Source of the DNA: a virus | Lineage: Duplodnaviria; Caudoviricetes | Length of the DNA stretch: 63,974 nt | Strand: one strand, 5' to 3' | IMG/VR virus record: IMGVR_UViG_3300029319_000033 | Coordinates: 1 to 63,974 of that record | Part shown: positions 63,780 to 63,974 of the stretch, one piece after another | How the letters are laid out: every line of letters starts with the position of its first letter | How positions within the stretch are numbered: the first letter of the stretch is position 1 | Position numbers and translations under genes: made by a program | The notes under the pieces: model-generated | The model's input: the letters and a program-made list of their open reading frames with translations, nothing else | Database searches by the model: none | Told to the model about the DNA's origin: nothing

Positions 63780-63974
63780 TTATCTTCTTCTTCTTCTTTT
63801 ATCTTGATCAGAAGATCCTCTTCTTCTATCACCTTTATCCTTATCTTCATCTAATCCTCTTCTCCTATCTTGCAACTTAGCTTCTCTATTTTTTCTCCTA
63901 GTCTCAGAGGCTTTTCTATAACCTTCTTTTCTTCTAGCATCTTTAGCAGTAGTTTTAATCAATTCGTGTTCATG
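63780..63974 (-). CDS. C-terminal end of the giant ejection polyprotein (continuation of 1-6770)
   Basis: In frame through the terminal repeat: ..HEHELIKTTAKDARRKEG..DKRRRRR stop. Confidence 0.88.
   Translation of the reverse strand, partial: HEHELIKTTAKDARRKEGYRKASETRRKNREAKLQDRRRGLDEDKDKGDRRRGSSDQDKRRRRR
63874..63974. repeat. Terminal direct repeat, right copy
   Basis: 100/101 identical to 1-101. Confidence 0.97.

Noticed and set aside
63780-63962. 60-aa ORF treated as a stand-alone gene
   Set aside because: It is the in-frame C-terminus of the giant ORF across the circular join.
1-63974. Alternative genetic code or prophage state
   Set aside because: Genes are intact and densely packed under the standard code. 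I saw no suppressor tRNA, integrase or host flanks.

Overview
The window is an apparently complete, circularly permuted, AT-rich tailed-phage genome of about 63,873 bp. The first 101 nt are repeated at the end with one synonymous mismatch. Gene content and the A-rich leaders lacking Shine-Dalgarno sites point to a podovirus of Bacteroidota, probably aquatic Flavobacteriia (inference). There are two transcription blocks. The minus-strand late/structural block (43002 to 1, continuing through the join from 63974 to 60949) holds GroEL/GroES, TerS/TerL, portal, scaffold, capsid, tail ring and nozzle proteins, fibres, ejection proteins, lysis candidates and many small basic proteins. The plus-strand early/replication block (43548-60934) holds small ORFs, a thermonuclease, an atypical tRNA, an HTH protein, a sigma70-like factor, RecE-like and annealing proteins, SSB, a primase-helicase, endonuclease I and class I RNR. 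I found no DNA polymerase, RNA polymerase, integrase or methyltransferase. The main observation is a 2287-aa putative ejection protein that the ORF track misses because it spans the join. It reads as a polyprotein: Gly/Ala membrane segment, HExxH zincin, sigma region-2-like module, PD-(D/E)XK nuclease module and C-terminal module, with a recurring [IV]N[FY][SA] motif at each boundary. This fits three near-identical non-host-type early promoter motifs and near-total avoidance of CCWGG in Pro-Gly codons. Other notable items are a ~67-aa domain inserted about 13 times (nested and permuted) in tail proteins, a tandem double-GroES beside a GroEL/GroES pair, a likely overprinted +1 ORF in TerL, a paired 51-bp operator-like element, a G.U-rich hairpin and a class-II-bodied tRNA with an AUC anticodon. 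All family calls are from motif recognition by eye; no searches were run.
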